NCBI GenBank assembly: GCA_030248215.1
Contig: JASANG010002125.1
Coordinates: 434,001 to 495,546, forward strand
DNA from: Enoplolaimus lenunculus
Taxonomy: Eukaryota
Direction of reading: 5' to 3'
Length of the DNA: 61,546 nt
Made by a program: the position numbers and the translations under genes. Below the pieces are notes generated by a model, which searched no databases, was not told where the DNA came from, and worked only from the letters and a program-made list of their open reading frames with translations. This document shows positions 1 through 13,500 of this stretch, piece after piece (within the stretch, counting starts at the first letter, position 1; every line of letters starts with the position of its first letter).

Positions 1-42
1 CTTTAAGCTATGGTGTATAAAATATTTATGGTTAATAAGAGG

Positions 43-383
43 CAAGGTACAATCGGAGCTCTGCCTCCGGCTCCGGTTCCGGCAGAAAATCGGTCTCTGG
101 CTCCGGTAGAATTTTTGCCGGAGGTTCCGGCAATTTCAGTAGTAAAATTTTGCATAATTTTGCAATATTAACCTGTTTAGCGCGTTTCGTTTTACTTTTG
201 TCACAATTTTCAGTAAAGAATTTCCGAAATTCCACAGAAAATTAGCGTAAAACCAAACAGCTTACAACACATTGATATTGGCTAAAATTAACTAATTAAC
301 CATCATTTTTACTACCTAATTTCGCTTCGCCTCCGACAAGTTTTGTTGACCTCCGGTTCCAGCTCCGCTATTTTTCAACCCTG
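43..383. mobile_element. hAT-like MITE (CAGGGT...ACCCTG ends, CCGGCTCCGG subterminal repeats)
   Basis: Near-identical body to 50964-51223; related pieces near 6860-6936, 30300-30435, 49360-49500, 56185-57351 and 59590-59663. Confidence 0.75.
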
Positions 384-1365
384 GTTGTACACTGACAACA
401 GGGCCTGCTAGTCATATGGGCCCCGGGCCTCCTTGTCATACGGGCCCCAGACATCCTTGTCATATGGGCTCAGGGCCTGCCACAACCTTAATCCGGCCCT
501 GGTTCACAGTAGGTTGTTTTTGAAAGAAATTGAGTTATTCATTGCTTGATATTACCTTGATAAAGTGTGACACCTCACAATAGTTCGCATACGATTTAAG
601 CTTTAACACTGTTGTATTTGTGCGATTTGTCGTGATACTCAAACTGTTTTGCGGTCAGCTTCATCTTTTCAAGCGTCCGTGTTTGCATTGGCATAAATCT
701 AAAAATTGCAATCATTTTTTGATAAAAGTTTCAAATTAGCGTTTGGTTCATTTTATACTCTACTTACTTTTTTATCTTTTGGCGATTTTTATGAAATTGT
801 CAGGGGGGCACTCAAAACCTTAACACAGAATAGAGAAAATATTCGGGTGGGGTTGAAAATATCAAAGGCGAGAACATATCATTTCGCCTGTACCGCCTTT
901 ACAGTTACAACTCTCACTTGTTTACCATTTTCAGTATACTTACAAACAATAGATAACGTTGTATCGATATACAACCGATTAATACTCAAAATGCTGTAGA
1001 TATAATAAAGCATAAAAATGATGGCCAATGTTACTTAACAGTTCATTAAACATATTGCTAAGCCTAAGCCTAAGCATTGATAAAAAAGTGTACACTTATA
1101 AACCTAATCCTATGCAAAAAATGCCGTCTCAAATTTAACCCTACTGTTTTATACTCACCACCAGAAACCTGGACGGTCCTAAAAGTAACATGACGCAAAA
1201 TGGTTATCACAATATATAGGGGGGGACGGCTCATGCCGTATTTTTTTAAATTAAATCTAAAACGGACCCAAACCTGTCTGAAATATTGAAGCAAAAGTTC
1301 AAAATTGAGGCACTAATTTTCTCAGCCATTTTGCGTAACTTTCTCGTTCGGTCGATTGTTTTCAG

Positions 1366-1536
1366 CTTGAAAATAGTGGCGATCCATTCAAGAATTTCGA
1401 AAACCCACACTACATGACGTACTGGGAGTGTGTCTATTTTCTACTGGTCACTATGTCCACAGTAGGCTACGGTGACATTCACTGTAAAACTGTACTAGGC
1501 CGCACGTTTATGGTATTCTTTATAATGGGTGGTCTG
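1366..1536 (+). CDS. slo-1: slo-1 exon: pore loop and S6
   Basis: ttttcag|[57 protein letters not shown]|gtaag. Confidence 0.97.
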
Positions 1537-4500
1537 GTAAGTTGTCGTTTAATATTTTGAAGCATTGGGCCAAATTCAGTTGCACTGCGGTTTGATTGTG
1601 TGCTTGGGTTTTGCGGTTTTTTTTCCTTACTAGCGGTATAGCAGAAGACCGTACTTTTATATCCCCGATTGACACGTGCAAGTATTTTCAGCGAGAACTT
1701 GCAGCTGCACGGGACCGTAGTCAACGGAGGGGTGCACGGAGCTCAGCGCCGCCGAAAGGCGTTTTGCCCCCTATATAATTTTAAACCTTGCTTGTAAGTC
1801 ATCGAAAATCCTTGTCCGAGTTTAATGTCTTGCTACGATCTTTCTGTTGCAGCTATAATGCTCGATATTTTTTCTCACGTTTTGTGTTTTATTTTGGTTA
1901 ATTCGCATGAACCTCAGCTAACACATTGTTTTCACACCTTTGGTTTTCAATAACACTTTTTACCATTTCAAACAATTGCACGTGCTCAACCAGTTTTTGC
2001 TGTTATAGGAATGTGGCATTATGCACTCCCAATATTTGGTCTCAGGGCACGTATTTTTTATATGCGTGCTTTAGTAAATATTAGGGTTCCAAAGGAATTC
2101 CGATTCCGGCTAAAATTCCGAAAAAACTTGAGTTCCGATTCCGATTCCGACTGGCTTCTATTCCGGTGCCGGAATTCCTGATTTTCGGTTATCAGTTTTT
2201 AAGCTGATTGAACTTAAATTTTGCCTATTTTTGTTTGTTTGCAAATCTGTTTGTTTTGTTTAGTAAGTATTCTTAGTAGCAGAGTAAATTATTTCGCTGA
2301 TTGTCAAAATGCGACTGGCATTGAAAAGGCTGCCCTTAGAATTGGCAGGCCTCCATTAATATCGTAATTTTACAGGTTAGTAGATCGCTAATACTGTCAG
2401 CTATACAAGCAATTTTTACTGAAACTGAATAATACAGACAAATATACTGCAACAAAAAGTCAAAAGTTTTACACTTTAGTTTTTGATATAATTACTAAAA
2501 CTTTAAATTCCGATTCCGATTCCGGTTCCGACCAAAAAATTTGATTCCGCTTCCGACAAAGTTTACTTCCGATTGGAACCCTGGTAAATATCAAGACTGT
2601 ATGATGCAAAGGTATGCAACTCTAGAGAGGCTCATAATTTAGAGGGAGGTCGCTGTCACATACAATAACCCCTAAATTAATCGGAGCATTTTTGAAACAG
2701 AATACATAAAGTGCCATTGTTCACACCGGTTGTACTCTCTCTAAATAATAGGGTTATGCCAAAAACGCAACGCGTGCCAGGTTCAATATCTCTTTTACAC
2801 ACAATGTATCCAATTGCATAGTCTTGTTGAAGTATGCATCATCGACTCTTGTTAATATATATCAGTTCAGCACTTAAGTTCGATTTAGGCTTAGGCTTAC
2901 ATCTATCTTGCGTTTTAAGACTCGAATGCGTCCCAGTAACACGGTTCGCCCACTGGCTACTGTTTAAGATAACTTTTTTATTTTCTGTATGTGATCATGA
3001 TTTTGATTTTTTTGGGTTTTGGTTGCGAGCACAGTTGACAACTGTTGTTTATTTGAATTTTTGTTTGTTATAAAATTGTCCAAAGTTATGGTTAAATTCA
3101 AATATCGAAATATGTCTTTATAGACATGATAATACACGCCAGATGATGTATCGAGAGTAAAAAATTCATCCCGTTGTTGTATACATTCCTATCCCACAGG
3201 CTCACGTGTTGGCTTAGGCTTAGGTTTTGGAAACGATTTAATATCTAAGCTTAATCCTAAACATTTGCCTAAGCCTTTACCTTAGCTGAGCCAGAGCCTA
3301 AATCTAACCTGAACCTTAACATGAAATGTGTTGGGAAAGGGTAAAAGAGCCTATTTCCGTATAACTGCTGAAAAAGCTTAGAGCATTGCTGATTCTAGTG
3401 GATATAGAATGACACTAGTAGTTAGTACTGTCTACCCATGTAAACATTATGGAAGGAACGTTTTCTGCAAGACTGCAATAGAGTAAAGCTTAAGCTTCAG
3501 ACTATTTTTTGCATCGGCTTAGGCAACAGCTTTGTCTTAGACTTAAGCTCATTCTTATACTTCGAGTTAGGCTTAGGCTTTGACTTAGGCTTAGGAATAT
3601 GAATATGCTAATGCTACTGTTACGACCCTGTTCTACACATTGGCCGCAATGTTGAAGCATTGAGCACATTGGAATTATATTTAGTTAGGGAAACTTGAAA
3701 TGTTTTCAAGCAATAGACATAATGTTTAACATATATACGCTTTTTTCAATTGAGTAGTATACGCGAGGGATTGAGTAGATATATTGTTTTAGCAAATCTA
3801 TTGAGAGTCCTGAAAACAAGCACCATTGTTTAAAACGACCTTTTAGATTTTGGAGGTCAAAACGTTTCTTATACATAAGGCTTATAGTTTTTGCGCGCTG
3901 AAATCGTAAAGATTCCATTGAACGCTTACGATTCAGATTCCGCGCCGTTCAATTAGGGGAATATCAGTATTATAAAAATGAAGGTTTGCGTTATTTTGCA
4001 GCATCTACGACTATTCGACTTCGAACACTATTTCGCCCAACAGTGCTGTAAAGCCTATGAATATAAATCGAAGTATACCTAATCCTAAGCGTAATGCTAA
4101 ACCTAAACCTAAGCTTAAAATATAAGTAATACGTGATGGATTGGTGGTGTCGATGAAATATCGGATTACAAGTTTTCCCTGTCGGGCGACGGGTTACTAG
4201 TTTTATCGTTTAGGCTTAGGCTTAGGCTAAGGCTTAGGTTTAGGCTTAGGCTTATACCTATTTTGCATGATGTTTTTGGTGGATGTAAAAATGATAACAA
4301 AAATGACCAGTTTGTTAAAGTACTGTTTATACTTGAACCCGTGTTTCATTTACCAACATTGTTTAACCTTCTAGGCTTAGGCCAGTTTGTTGGAGTTATA
4401 GGCAAATCGTTTGTATGGAAATAGCTCAAAATACCACAGTAGCTTTGTAATAAAACAGTTTGCATTGCCAGGCTAAAAGGCTAAAATTGAATTTTTGAAA

Positions 4501-7500
4501 ATTTTAATGCTGACCCTCTGTTCTGTTAACTTCATAGCTTGCCTACTTTATAATATATTATAATTTTCAAATTTTAATAATTTTTGTATTATGTAATAGT
4601 TACTAATTGATTTTGTGTTCACAAATTTGATAACTGAAACTTTGACGCGGTATAAAATGTACCACCGTTGCTGTACCCACCTTACTTTTTGGGGGGTGCG
4701 CTTGATGCCACGAGGAATACTTACAAAGTTGTGTACAGTCATGTTTCGAATATAACTGAAGCATTTATTAGCTATTATAATGTCATAAATTGGTTTCGAT
4801 TACTCAACTTTACCCCCCCTCCCCCAGTTAGCCTTAGGGCAGAAACGCAATGGGCGTTGGGTACATTTTATTCTACACAGAATGTAACCAGTTGCATACT
4901 CTTGCCAGCGTGATTATGAACTCTTGGCACAACTTCTCTAACTCAAGGAATGTACAACGAATCCACTAACCGAAACATATTTTTATCGCACCATCAGCCG
5001 TTTGCCTGGTATGTGTACGGCTAAATCTAAGCCTAAGTAGTAACTTAAGTTCAATCGTTAGCTTAAGCCTAAACTTAACACCTACCCTGGATTGATAAAA
5101 ATGGGAAAATATAATTCTCTGATAATGTTTTTTGTTGTATTCAGGCAATGTTTGCCAGTTATGTACCAGAAATTGCAGACCTGATCGGTTCAAGGCAAAA
5201 GTACGGCGGTGAATTCAAAGGTGAACATGGAAAAAGGTATTCATTTTGTGAAGCTTTTGAAGTTTTAACGAATCTACGAAATATGTTTCAGATATTAAGT
5301 AATATGCTACTTCATATATTCCCGGAAGCCGTAATCAGCTTGAAAGATTGTATATGCAATGACGTCAGCATTGGTACACGTTCCTTAGCGATTCCTGCAG
5401 TAGCATTTTTTGTTTACACGAGTATGCTAATTATTTCAATCAATACTTCAATTTGTCTTATTTGCATCGTCGAATGAGAATGTTTTAACGCTGTACCAAA
5501 CAAAGATGTAAGTGGGTAAAGATTTTTTTGCCGGATTTGCGCTTCACCCGCGGAAATTTATTTTGTTACCCACAGGTATACCCGCACAAAATTCCTTTAC
5601 CCGTTGCCCGCCTTGTATCCGCCATTATTTTTTCTTTTTGCGTTCAATACAATTGTGTAATTTTACAGTGCATCGGTATTTAACTCGCTACATAATTTCA
5701 CTCATACGGTAGAAACAAATTCAACTTATCTACATTATCTGGTTTCAAGTTTTTTTGTGAAAATTTCAGGCAGGTAAAGAATCACAAATTTGTACTCGAG
5801 CTTTAAAATTTTATACCCGCGGGTGTACCCGGGTCAAAACTTTCTTACTCGTAAAGCGTTTATCCGCAAGCACCCGCTTGTAGCATACAGCTCTGCGCTG
5901 TATCAAAAACACTCGCGGATCCAGGAAGGCGCAGATGCACGGTGTATTTTCTCAGCGGATGTGTCGAGCAAAAAAGGTCAAATTCAAAAATTGTACCATT
6001 GAGTAAACAAATTAACAAATATTGAACATAAGGTCTACCAAAGTATACGATCTTATGAAATGAGGCGTTGGCTTTAAACCAGATAACCTGATCTTAAATC
6101 CGTGGAGTGATTTTGTATTTAGGTGCGTAACCGTTAATCATCTGGGTCCATATTCTCAAATGTGTATAGCAACTATCATCAGTTAGTAATAGGTTTTCAA
6201 ACTCACTCACTATTGCAGTTGTTGAATTTCAAAATTGGTACAGATGTAGAGCAAATCATACGCTAAAACTATACCGAATTTTAAACGTCACCATTGCTTG
6301 GTTCAAAAGTTACAAGGTCTATCACCAACTGGTAATAGGTGTTACACACGTTTGAGAATATGGGCTCTGATTATAATTTTACAGGCATATTGTCGTTTGT
6401 GGCTATATAACATCAGAATCAGTCAGTCATTTCTTACAAGATTTTCTACACGAAGATCGTGAAGATGTTGACGTTCAAGTTGTTTTTCTTCACAGGTTTG
6501 TGTTTTAATTTACTTTTTATATTATTTTTAAGTTTATTTTTATTTATTGCTTTTATTTGTTTTTGTTTATTTTAGGTTATATTTTGTTTCTAGGTTCAAG
6601 TTTTTGTTTAAAAATTAACCAAATGATCGATTTAAGTTTGCCCCATAGCGGAACAAATTTATTTAGCTCTTCCAATGAGTCCCAGAGTGATTTGGTTTAA
6701 TCCAACTTGTTTGTAGCGAAGGTTCGAAATAAATAATACGGCTGGGGTGTAAATTAATATACTTCAATTATTATTCTAAAGTCGAAATGATGTGTTTACA
6801 GCATTAGAAGCGATAAAATAGCGTTAAAAATGAATTTTTTTTGGTAACAAATATTTTTTATTTTCCGGTTCCGGTTCCGGTTCCGGTATATTTTTAACAT
6901 TCCGGTTCCGGTATTTTATAATTCCGGTTGCACCCTGATATATATGTGTGTGTAAAAGCTTTCAAATTACCTTAGCCGACCACGGCATTGTACAACATTC
7001 TCCAACATTTGTCAAAATATTAATGCATTGATATTATTAAAAATTTGTTTCTTGTAAATAAACAGTAGTTTTTACAGAGTTCCGCCCGATCTTGAGTTAG
7101 AAGGTTTGTTCAAACGACATTTTACTAAAGTTGAATTTTATCAAGGCACCGTTATGGATTCGATTGATTTGTCAAGGGTTAAAGTAAGAACCGTATTTTG
7201 TGAAATTCCCGTTTAAAATTGCTTTTAAACTATGATCATGATTGGTTGAATGTTTTTTGTTATCCATTTATATTTAATATTTTAATGTTTAGGTACAGTA
7301 GTACACGGGTGTAAAGTGGGATTTTGGTTTGAGAAGACCAACGTCAATATATTTTGTTTTTTCTAAGGCTATTTGTGTCTCCTAGTGTTTAGGAGTACAC
7401 GTAAGTGATCAGGGGTGGACTGTTTTTTTCGTAGGATTGTAATAAAGTAAGCTTAAACTTTTTAGGCTATTTTTTGCTGAGACTTTAGCTTAGGTATATG

Positions 7501-10500
7501 CGTATGTTTATGCTTTATAAGCTTAGGTTTAGAAATATGCTTATACTACTGTTACGGCCCTGTTCTATACTTTGGTTCATGTGGTTACTAACGAAGTGAA
7601 CTTGTCAAAATCGTTGGTGGAGCGATGGCTGCGCATGATCTTCCGTACGACCCTGCTGTAGTCGAGTGATGGTAATTTCGTTTATAGGTTGATGATGCGG
7701 ACGCGTGTTTGGTGCTTGCAAACAAATACTCGGCAGATCCAGACGCTGAAGACGCAGCGAATATCATGCGTGTAATTTCAATCAAAAATTATTCAGCAGA
7801 TATTCGCGTGATTGTTCAACTCATGCAGTATCATAATAAAGTGAGTCGCACTCGAGTTGACGAAAATTACAAGTTGTCGGTCGACGAGTTGTCAGACATA
7901 CGAAAACAAGCGTTATATATACTCAAAATTGAAGTCTATAAGATTTAAATTATCCGAGCGTTTGTGTTAAATTTAAGCAGTGTTATAATGCATTCAGTAA
8001 CAGCACGAAGTTACCACTTCACGAGACGTGCCGACGATTTGGCGGGGGCTGACACACTAACAAACAATAAATCGATTGTATCTGGTTGAAGGCGTACAAG
8101 AATAAATCGTTTGCATCTATTTGAAGGCATACCTACTCAATATTCCGTCATGGGACTGGCGCCGTGGCGATGACGTCATATGCCTTGCCGAGCTGAAACT
8201 CGGCTTTATTGCTCAATCGTGTCTCGCTCCTGGATTTTCAACGATGATGGCCAATTTGTTCGCGATGCGTTCGTTCAAAACGGTACTACCATTCATTCGA
8301 ATTTTATTTTAATTTATTTAAATTTTAAATTTTTCAAAGGCAGTGCCGTGCTCAGCGCATACCCCACCCCCTAACACAGGCTTCCTCACAAAATTTCACA
8401 AACAAGTCCCTCAGTGCTAAATTCAGGGGCAACGTTGTATTAACTTTGGTTACGCCTCACACACTGTGAACGGCACTGTCCAGAGCTAAAGTTTAACATA
8501 TTTGTTAGGCTTCTGGCGAAAATGTAATTGTGACGGTATTTTTGGCACAATTTGAATCTTTGTGAATAAAACAAGGTAAAAAAGACAAAACAAAAAAATT
8601 GGAATGTGAAGGAAAATGGCTCTTGTGCCCTTCTCCCTCAGACAGGCTTGGGATTTAGGCTTAGGCTTAAGTTTCGCAAAATGATTGTCTACGCCTAAGG
8701 CTAGGCGTATTCATGACCGTTAATTCCAAATGTGGAGGGAGCTGTACAATATCTGAAAACATGAAGACGGCATCAAAATGAAGTGAACAGAATTAGATAA
8801 AAAACAAAAATAAAAAATTTTGAAAAAATTAAGATAAGAAGCGAAACAGAAAAAAGAAGGAAAAAGAAAAAATAGAATAGAAATTTGAAATAGGAAAAAC
8901 AAAGAAATAGAAAAAATTAAGATAGAACTCGAAACAGAAAAAAGAAGGGGAAAGAAAAAATAGAATAGAAATCAAAACATAAAAAAATAGAAATAGAAAA
9001 AATTAAGATAGAAATCGAAACATTAAAGTAAAAAGAAATAGCAAAAATTAAGATAGAAATCGAACAAGAAAAAAGAGCAAGAAATTGATAAAATTAAGAC
9101 AGAAATCGAAACATAAAAATAGAAAGAAATAGAAAAAATTAATATAGAAATCCAAACATAAAACAAGATAGAAAAAGAAAAATTAAGATAGAACTCGAAA
9201 CGGAAAAAAGAAAGATAGATACAAAGAAAAACAAGGCAGGAAAGAAGGGAGTTTATTTCAGTTGTGTCGTTTGTGTCAAAATAGAAATTCGACAGTTTTC
9301 AGGCACCTCAGCAACCGGTATGGTTGAATGATTATTTACGCGGCGCGGGTATGGAGATGTACACTGAAACATTATCTCATAGCTTTGTTTCGATGAGTTT
9401 TCCAGAAGCTGCCAAGTGAGTAGAACTTGGTCCGAATATGCAATTAACCGGTAAATGTTGAGTTGAACGGAGTAAAAGATGTAGTTTAGTGCAATTGCAA
9501 TATTGAAAATTGCAGTGAACACATAACACTCTGCACGAATCTTTGTCGTCCTTTAATCTGCGAACGCCTGAGCGAAAGCATAAGCATGGATAATCCTAGG
9601 ATTAAGCCAACACCTAAGCCTAATGGTAGACAACGAATTGTCGGATCTATGTCAGATGTAAGAGAGCCAAATTTCGGTCGGCGACGAGTTGTATGATAAG
9701 ATGAATTAGTAATAGCAAAAGAATACTAAAATCACCAATATTTCAACTCGAGTTACACACAGTTGGCTGTGTGTTATTTTAAAATGTTGCGTTCAGTTTG
9801 CGGTGAACGCAGTGAAAAAACTCATTTCTGCTCACAATTTTATCCACTCAGAACTGTGTTCCAGTCTAATGGATTGAAGTTTTCGTAGATTTTTGCAATT
9901 GCACTAATTGTTATCTTTTACAGTCCCCGTTCAGCAATGCGTTTAATCGTTTTTAGCAATATTTTAATATAAGATTATTATAGAATTAATTTAATTTTTT
10001 ATAGTCACCGGATACACCGGAATGGCTGAATTTATACTTGTGCGGCGCAGGTATGGAAATGTATACGGAAACTTTGTCGCATAGTTTTGTCGGTCTTAGT
10101 TATCCTGAAGCCGCTGAGTAAGTTTTGCTCGATGCTCTCTGTGTGAGATCCGTTGCTCTTCCCTCAGCATATTACTACAGCGTTCTGTCCATGGTTTGCT
10201 GCCGGGTGCAACTGCTTTTTTTTGTACTGGACCTACTTACTAGTTTGGGGTGTTCTAAAAGTTGGCTTGCTTGCTAAAAGTTAAGGCAGCCTTATTACCG
10301 ATGATTGTAGTGCGGTGTACCGATTGGCGGATCAACAAATTTTTGGCTGGGACTCGTTAAATAACAGTCCGAAAAACCTCGGTGAGCAAAGCGTGCGAGA
10401 GCACCAAACATAATTTTTGACCTAAATTTTAATAGAACCTTTGGTTTTGATACCTTGGAGGGCAGGATCATGTCGCGAATGTCCCCGTTGGATCCATCAG

Positions 10501-13500
10501 TGGTGTATGTATCAATCACTTGAAGTCGAAATCTTATTGGCGAGCTTACGCAATTTTTTTGGGTTGTATTTTGGTTATTTTTGAGGATATTGATTTGTGC
10601 TAAGATCTATAAACTATCAGAACAGTGTTATTTTAAAACGCACAAAAATGATAGGCATAAGCTATTATAGCATCGCTTCATCGAAAAATAAACAGCTGCT
10701 GCCAGTTCGATTTCGCTTTTCACAAAAACTTGTGCTAAATTTTAAATTTTGAACCCGAAATTAGCTGAAACAGTAATTAAATTGTTCTTGTGTCGAATTT
10801 ATCGTTCGGACACTTGTTGCATTAAAACCTATTTGCGGCATTCGCTTTTCCTAACTAACCTCACCTCTTAATTCTGAAACCAGCGTTTGAAAAGCTGTTC
10901 AAAGTTTCCTGCGTTTATATTCTGCTAACAAAAATATAATCGCTGTTTTATTAATTTTGTATTGCGAATTTCAGTTTAGCCACGATTTAACTGATGGGTA
11001 TATATAAGAGTGTGAAATGGCAAACATCGCGAAGGTGGTAACTATTGTTCAGACCAATTACTAATTACTTCCATACCAATTACTAATTACTCCATTTCAA
11101 TTGGTTATTCAGAACCAGATAAAATTGATCCGCGAATCATTTTGCGGAATGAAAATGTCCGTTGCCACTATTTTCGTTTTTCGATCGTTCTTTGTTCAGC
11201 TGAGCCCGGATTATACCCACAGACGAGCGTGTTTGATAGCTTTTAGGTTGGACTGGGTTATCATGTTGTCTAAGTTGAATTGAAGAGTTAAAATGGCAAT
11301 ATTTGAACGGTGGAATGTGCATGTACGTATAGTTTGGGGCGAAACAAATTAATTACGCTATGATATTTGTATTTACTTTGTGGCGGGTTTTTAATTAAAT
11401 GCATCTATGATTGTTTTATTGTTAAACCTGGATAGCAGAACTTGCTTTTGGCAATATAGTAAAATTTGTCACGGAATTAATAATAGAGAAGGGCGCTAGG
11501 ATATGTTTAATTCGAACCAGTCGGTTTTGTTTTCAAGTATTTCAATTAAGATGTTCTTTATGAGAACCAATCCAATTGTATATCCTGTCGTGCTTGTCCA
11601 GGGGTCACTGTTACGCAGTTCGTAATAGCGGCCAATGTAAAAAACAGAGTCGAACAGTATTATAAGCATATTCCTAAGCCTAAGCCTAAGCGTAAGAATG
11701 ATCATAATCCTAAGCCTAAGCCCAAGCGTAAGAATGAGCATATTCCTAATCCTAAGCCCAAGCGTAAGAATGAGCATATTCCTAAGCGTAAGCCTAAGCC
11801 CAAACCTAAGCCAAGCAAAAAATTAGTCTAAAGCTTAAGCTAACTCTCTTTACATGGGCCATATTAGCTAAGTAATTACCGCATTTTAATTCATTATCAT
11901 TGACAAGGGTACGAATTTTAAGGGATGTCAATTTAATCTAGTGCTTTCGAGAAACTGAAGCACAACTGAACAGTTTCAGTACTGAATATATTTTTAGTGG
12001 GTGTCGACTGACAGCCATTTTCGCGCGTGCCTGAGTATGATCTTTTCGTATCATAATACTAACAAACACATTATTTTGGGAGTCAATATATCCACAAAAA
12101 ATATGTATACAAAGCTTAAATTGAAGTTCTAGACAATGTTTAGAACAGGGCTGTAACGGTAGTATAAGCATATTCCCAATGGCGGATCCATGGGGGAGGC
12201 CACCCCGGCCGTGCCCCCCCCCCAACAGCATCTCGACAAAAATTATATAGCAATTTTGTGACAATAGTTCGTGGTTTGTGTGTGGATAAAAAGTAAGTTT
12301 ATTACCTGTGTAATTTTGGCCCCCCCCCCATTTTGAGATCCTGGATCCGCCACTGCATATTCCTTAACGTAAGCCTAACGCATGAACGTATACCTAAGCC
12401 TAAGCGTAAACGTAAGCAACTAATTAGTCTAAAGCTTAAGCTTACTCTATTGCAGTTCCGCCGAAACACGTTCCGCGTTTGATCTTTATAATATGTTTTA
12501 AACAGTGTGTAAACACGTTAATTTACAGAATACTGTTTACAAAGCTTGGGCTTTTGCTTTTGGCAATCGAGTTGAAAAATGATGAAAAAATGGAATGTAA
12601 CATCGCAATTAATCCCGGGCCGTCTGTACGAATACAGCATCAAACTCAAGGATTTTTTATAGCTCAGTCTGCGGACGAAGTCAAAAGGTATTAACAGATT
12701 TTGTTGCACTGTTATACACTTCCTTCGCATTTAAGGTCAAGGCTTGGCTTAGGGTCCCAGCTAGGCAACATATACTTCCTTCACATTTAATGCCAAGGCT
12801 TGGCTTAGGGTCCCAGCTAGACAACATACACTTCCTTGACATTTAATGTCAAGGCTTGGCTTAGGGTCACAGCTGGGCAACCTACACTTCCTTTACATTT
12901 AAGGTCAAGGCTTGGCTTAGGATCCCAGCTAGGCAACATATACTTCCTTCACATTTAATGTCAAGACTTGGCTTAGGGTCACAGCTAGGCAACCTACACT
13001 TCCTTTACATTTAAGGTCAAAGCTTGGCTTAGGGTCCCAGCTAGGCAACATACACTTCCTTCGCATTTAAGGTCAAGGCTTGGCTTAGGGTCCCAGCTAG
13101 GCAACATACACTTCCTTCGCATTTAAGGTCAAGGCTTGGCTTAGGGTCACAGCTAGGCAAGCTACACTTCCTTTACATTTAAGGTCAAAGCTTGGCTTAG
13201 GGTCCCAGCTAGGCAACATACACTTCCTTCACATTTAAGGTCAAGGCTTGGCTTAGGATCCCAGCTAGGCAACATATACTTCCTTCACATTTGATGTCAA
13301 GACTTGGCTTAGGGTCACAGCTAGGCAACCTACACTTCCTTCACATTTAAGGTCAAGGCTTGGCTTAGGGTCCCAGCTAGGCAACATACACTTCCTTCAC
13401 ATTTAAGGTCAAGGCTTGGCTTAGGGTCAGAGCTAAGCAACGGTTAAAGTTTAGGCTTACGCATAGTTAAGCGTTTTGCTGAACCTAAGCCTAAGTCTAC

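Noticed and set aside
4070..4260. TTAGGC/GCCTAA tracts as a chromosome end or telomere-healing site
   Set aside because: Short, degenerate, in both orientations and embedded in MITEs within introns
11200..11340. Possible third, decayed RCK1 alternative exon (SPDYT...[12 protein letters not shown])
   Set aside because: Needs several gaps, has in-frame stops and lacks the 113-nt geometry; resemblance is compatible with chance
12716..13441. CRISPR-like regular repeats (also the 62-bp array at 21239-21673)
   Set aside because: Head-to-tail units with no unique spacers, eukaryotic intron context, no cas genes
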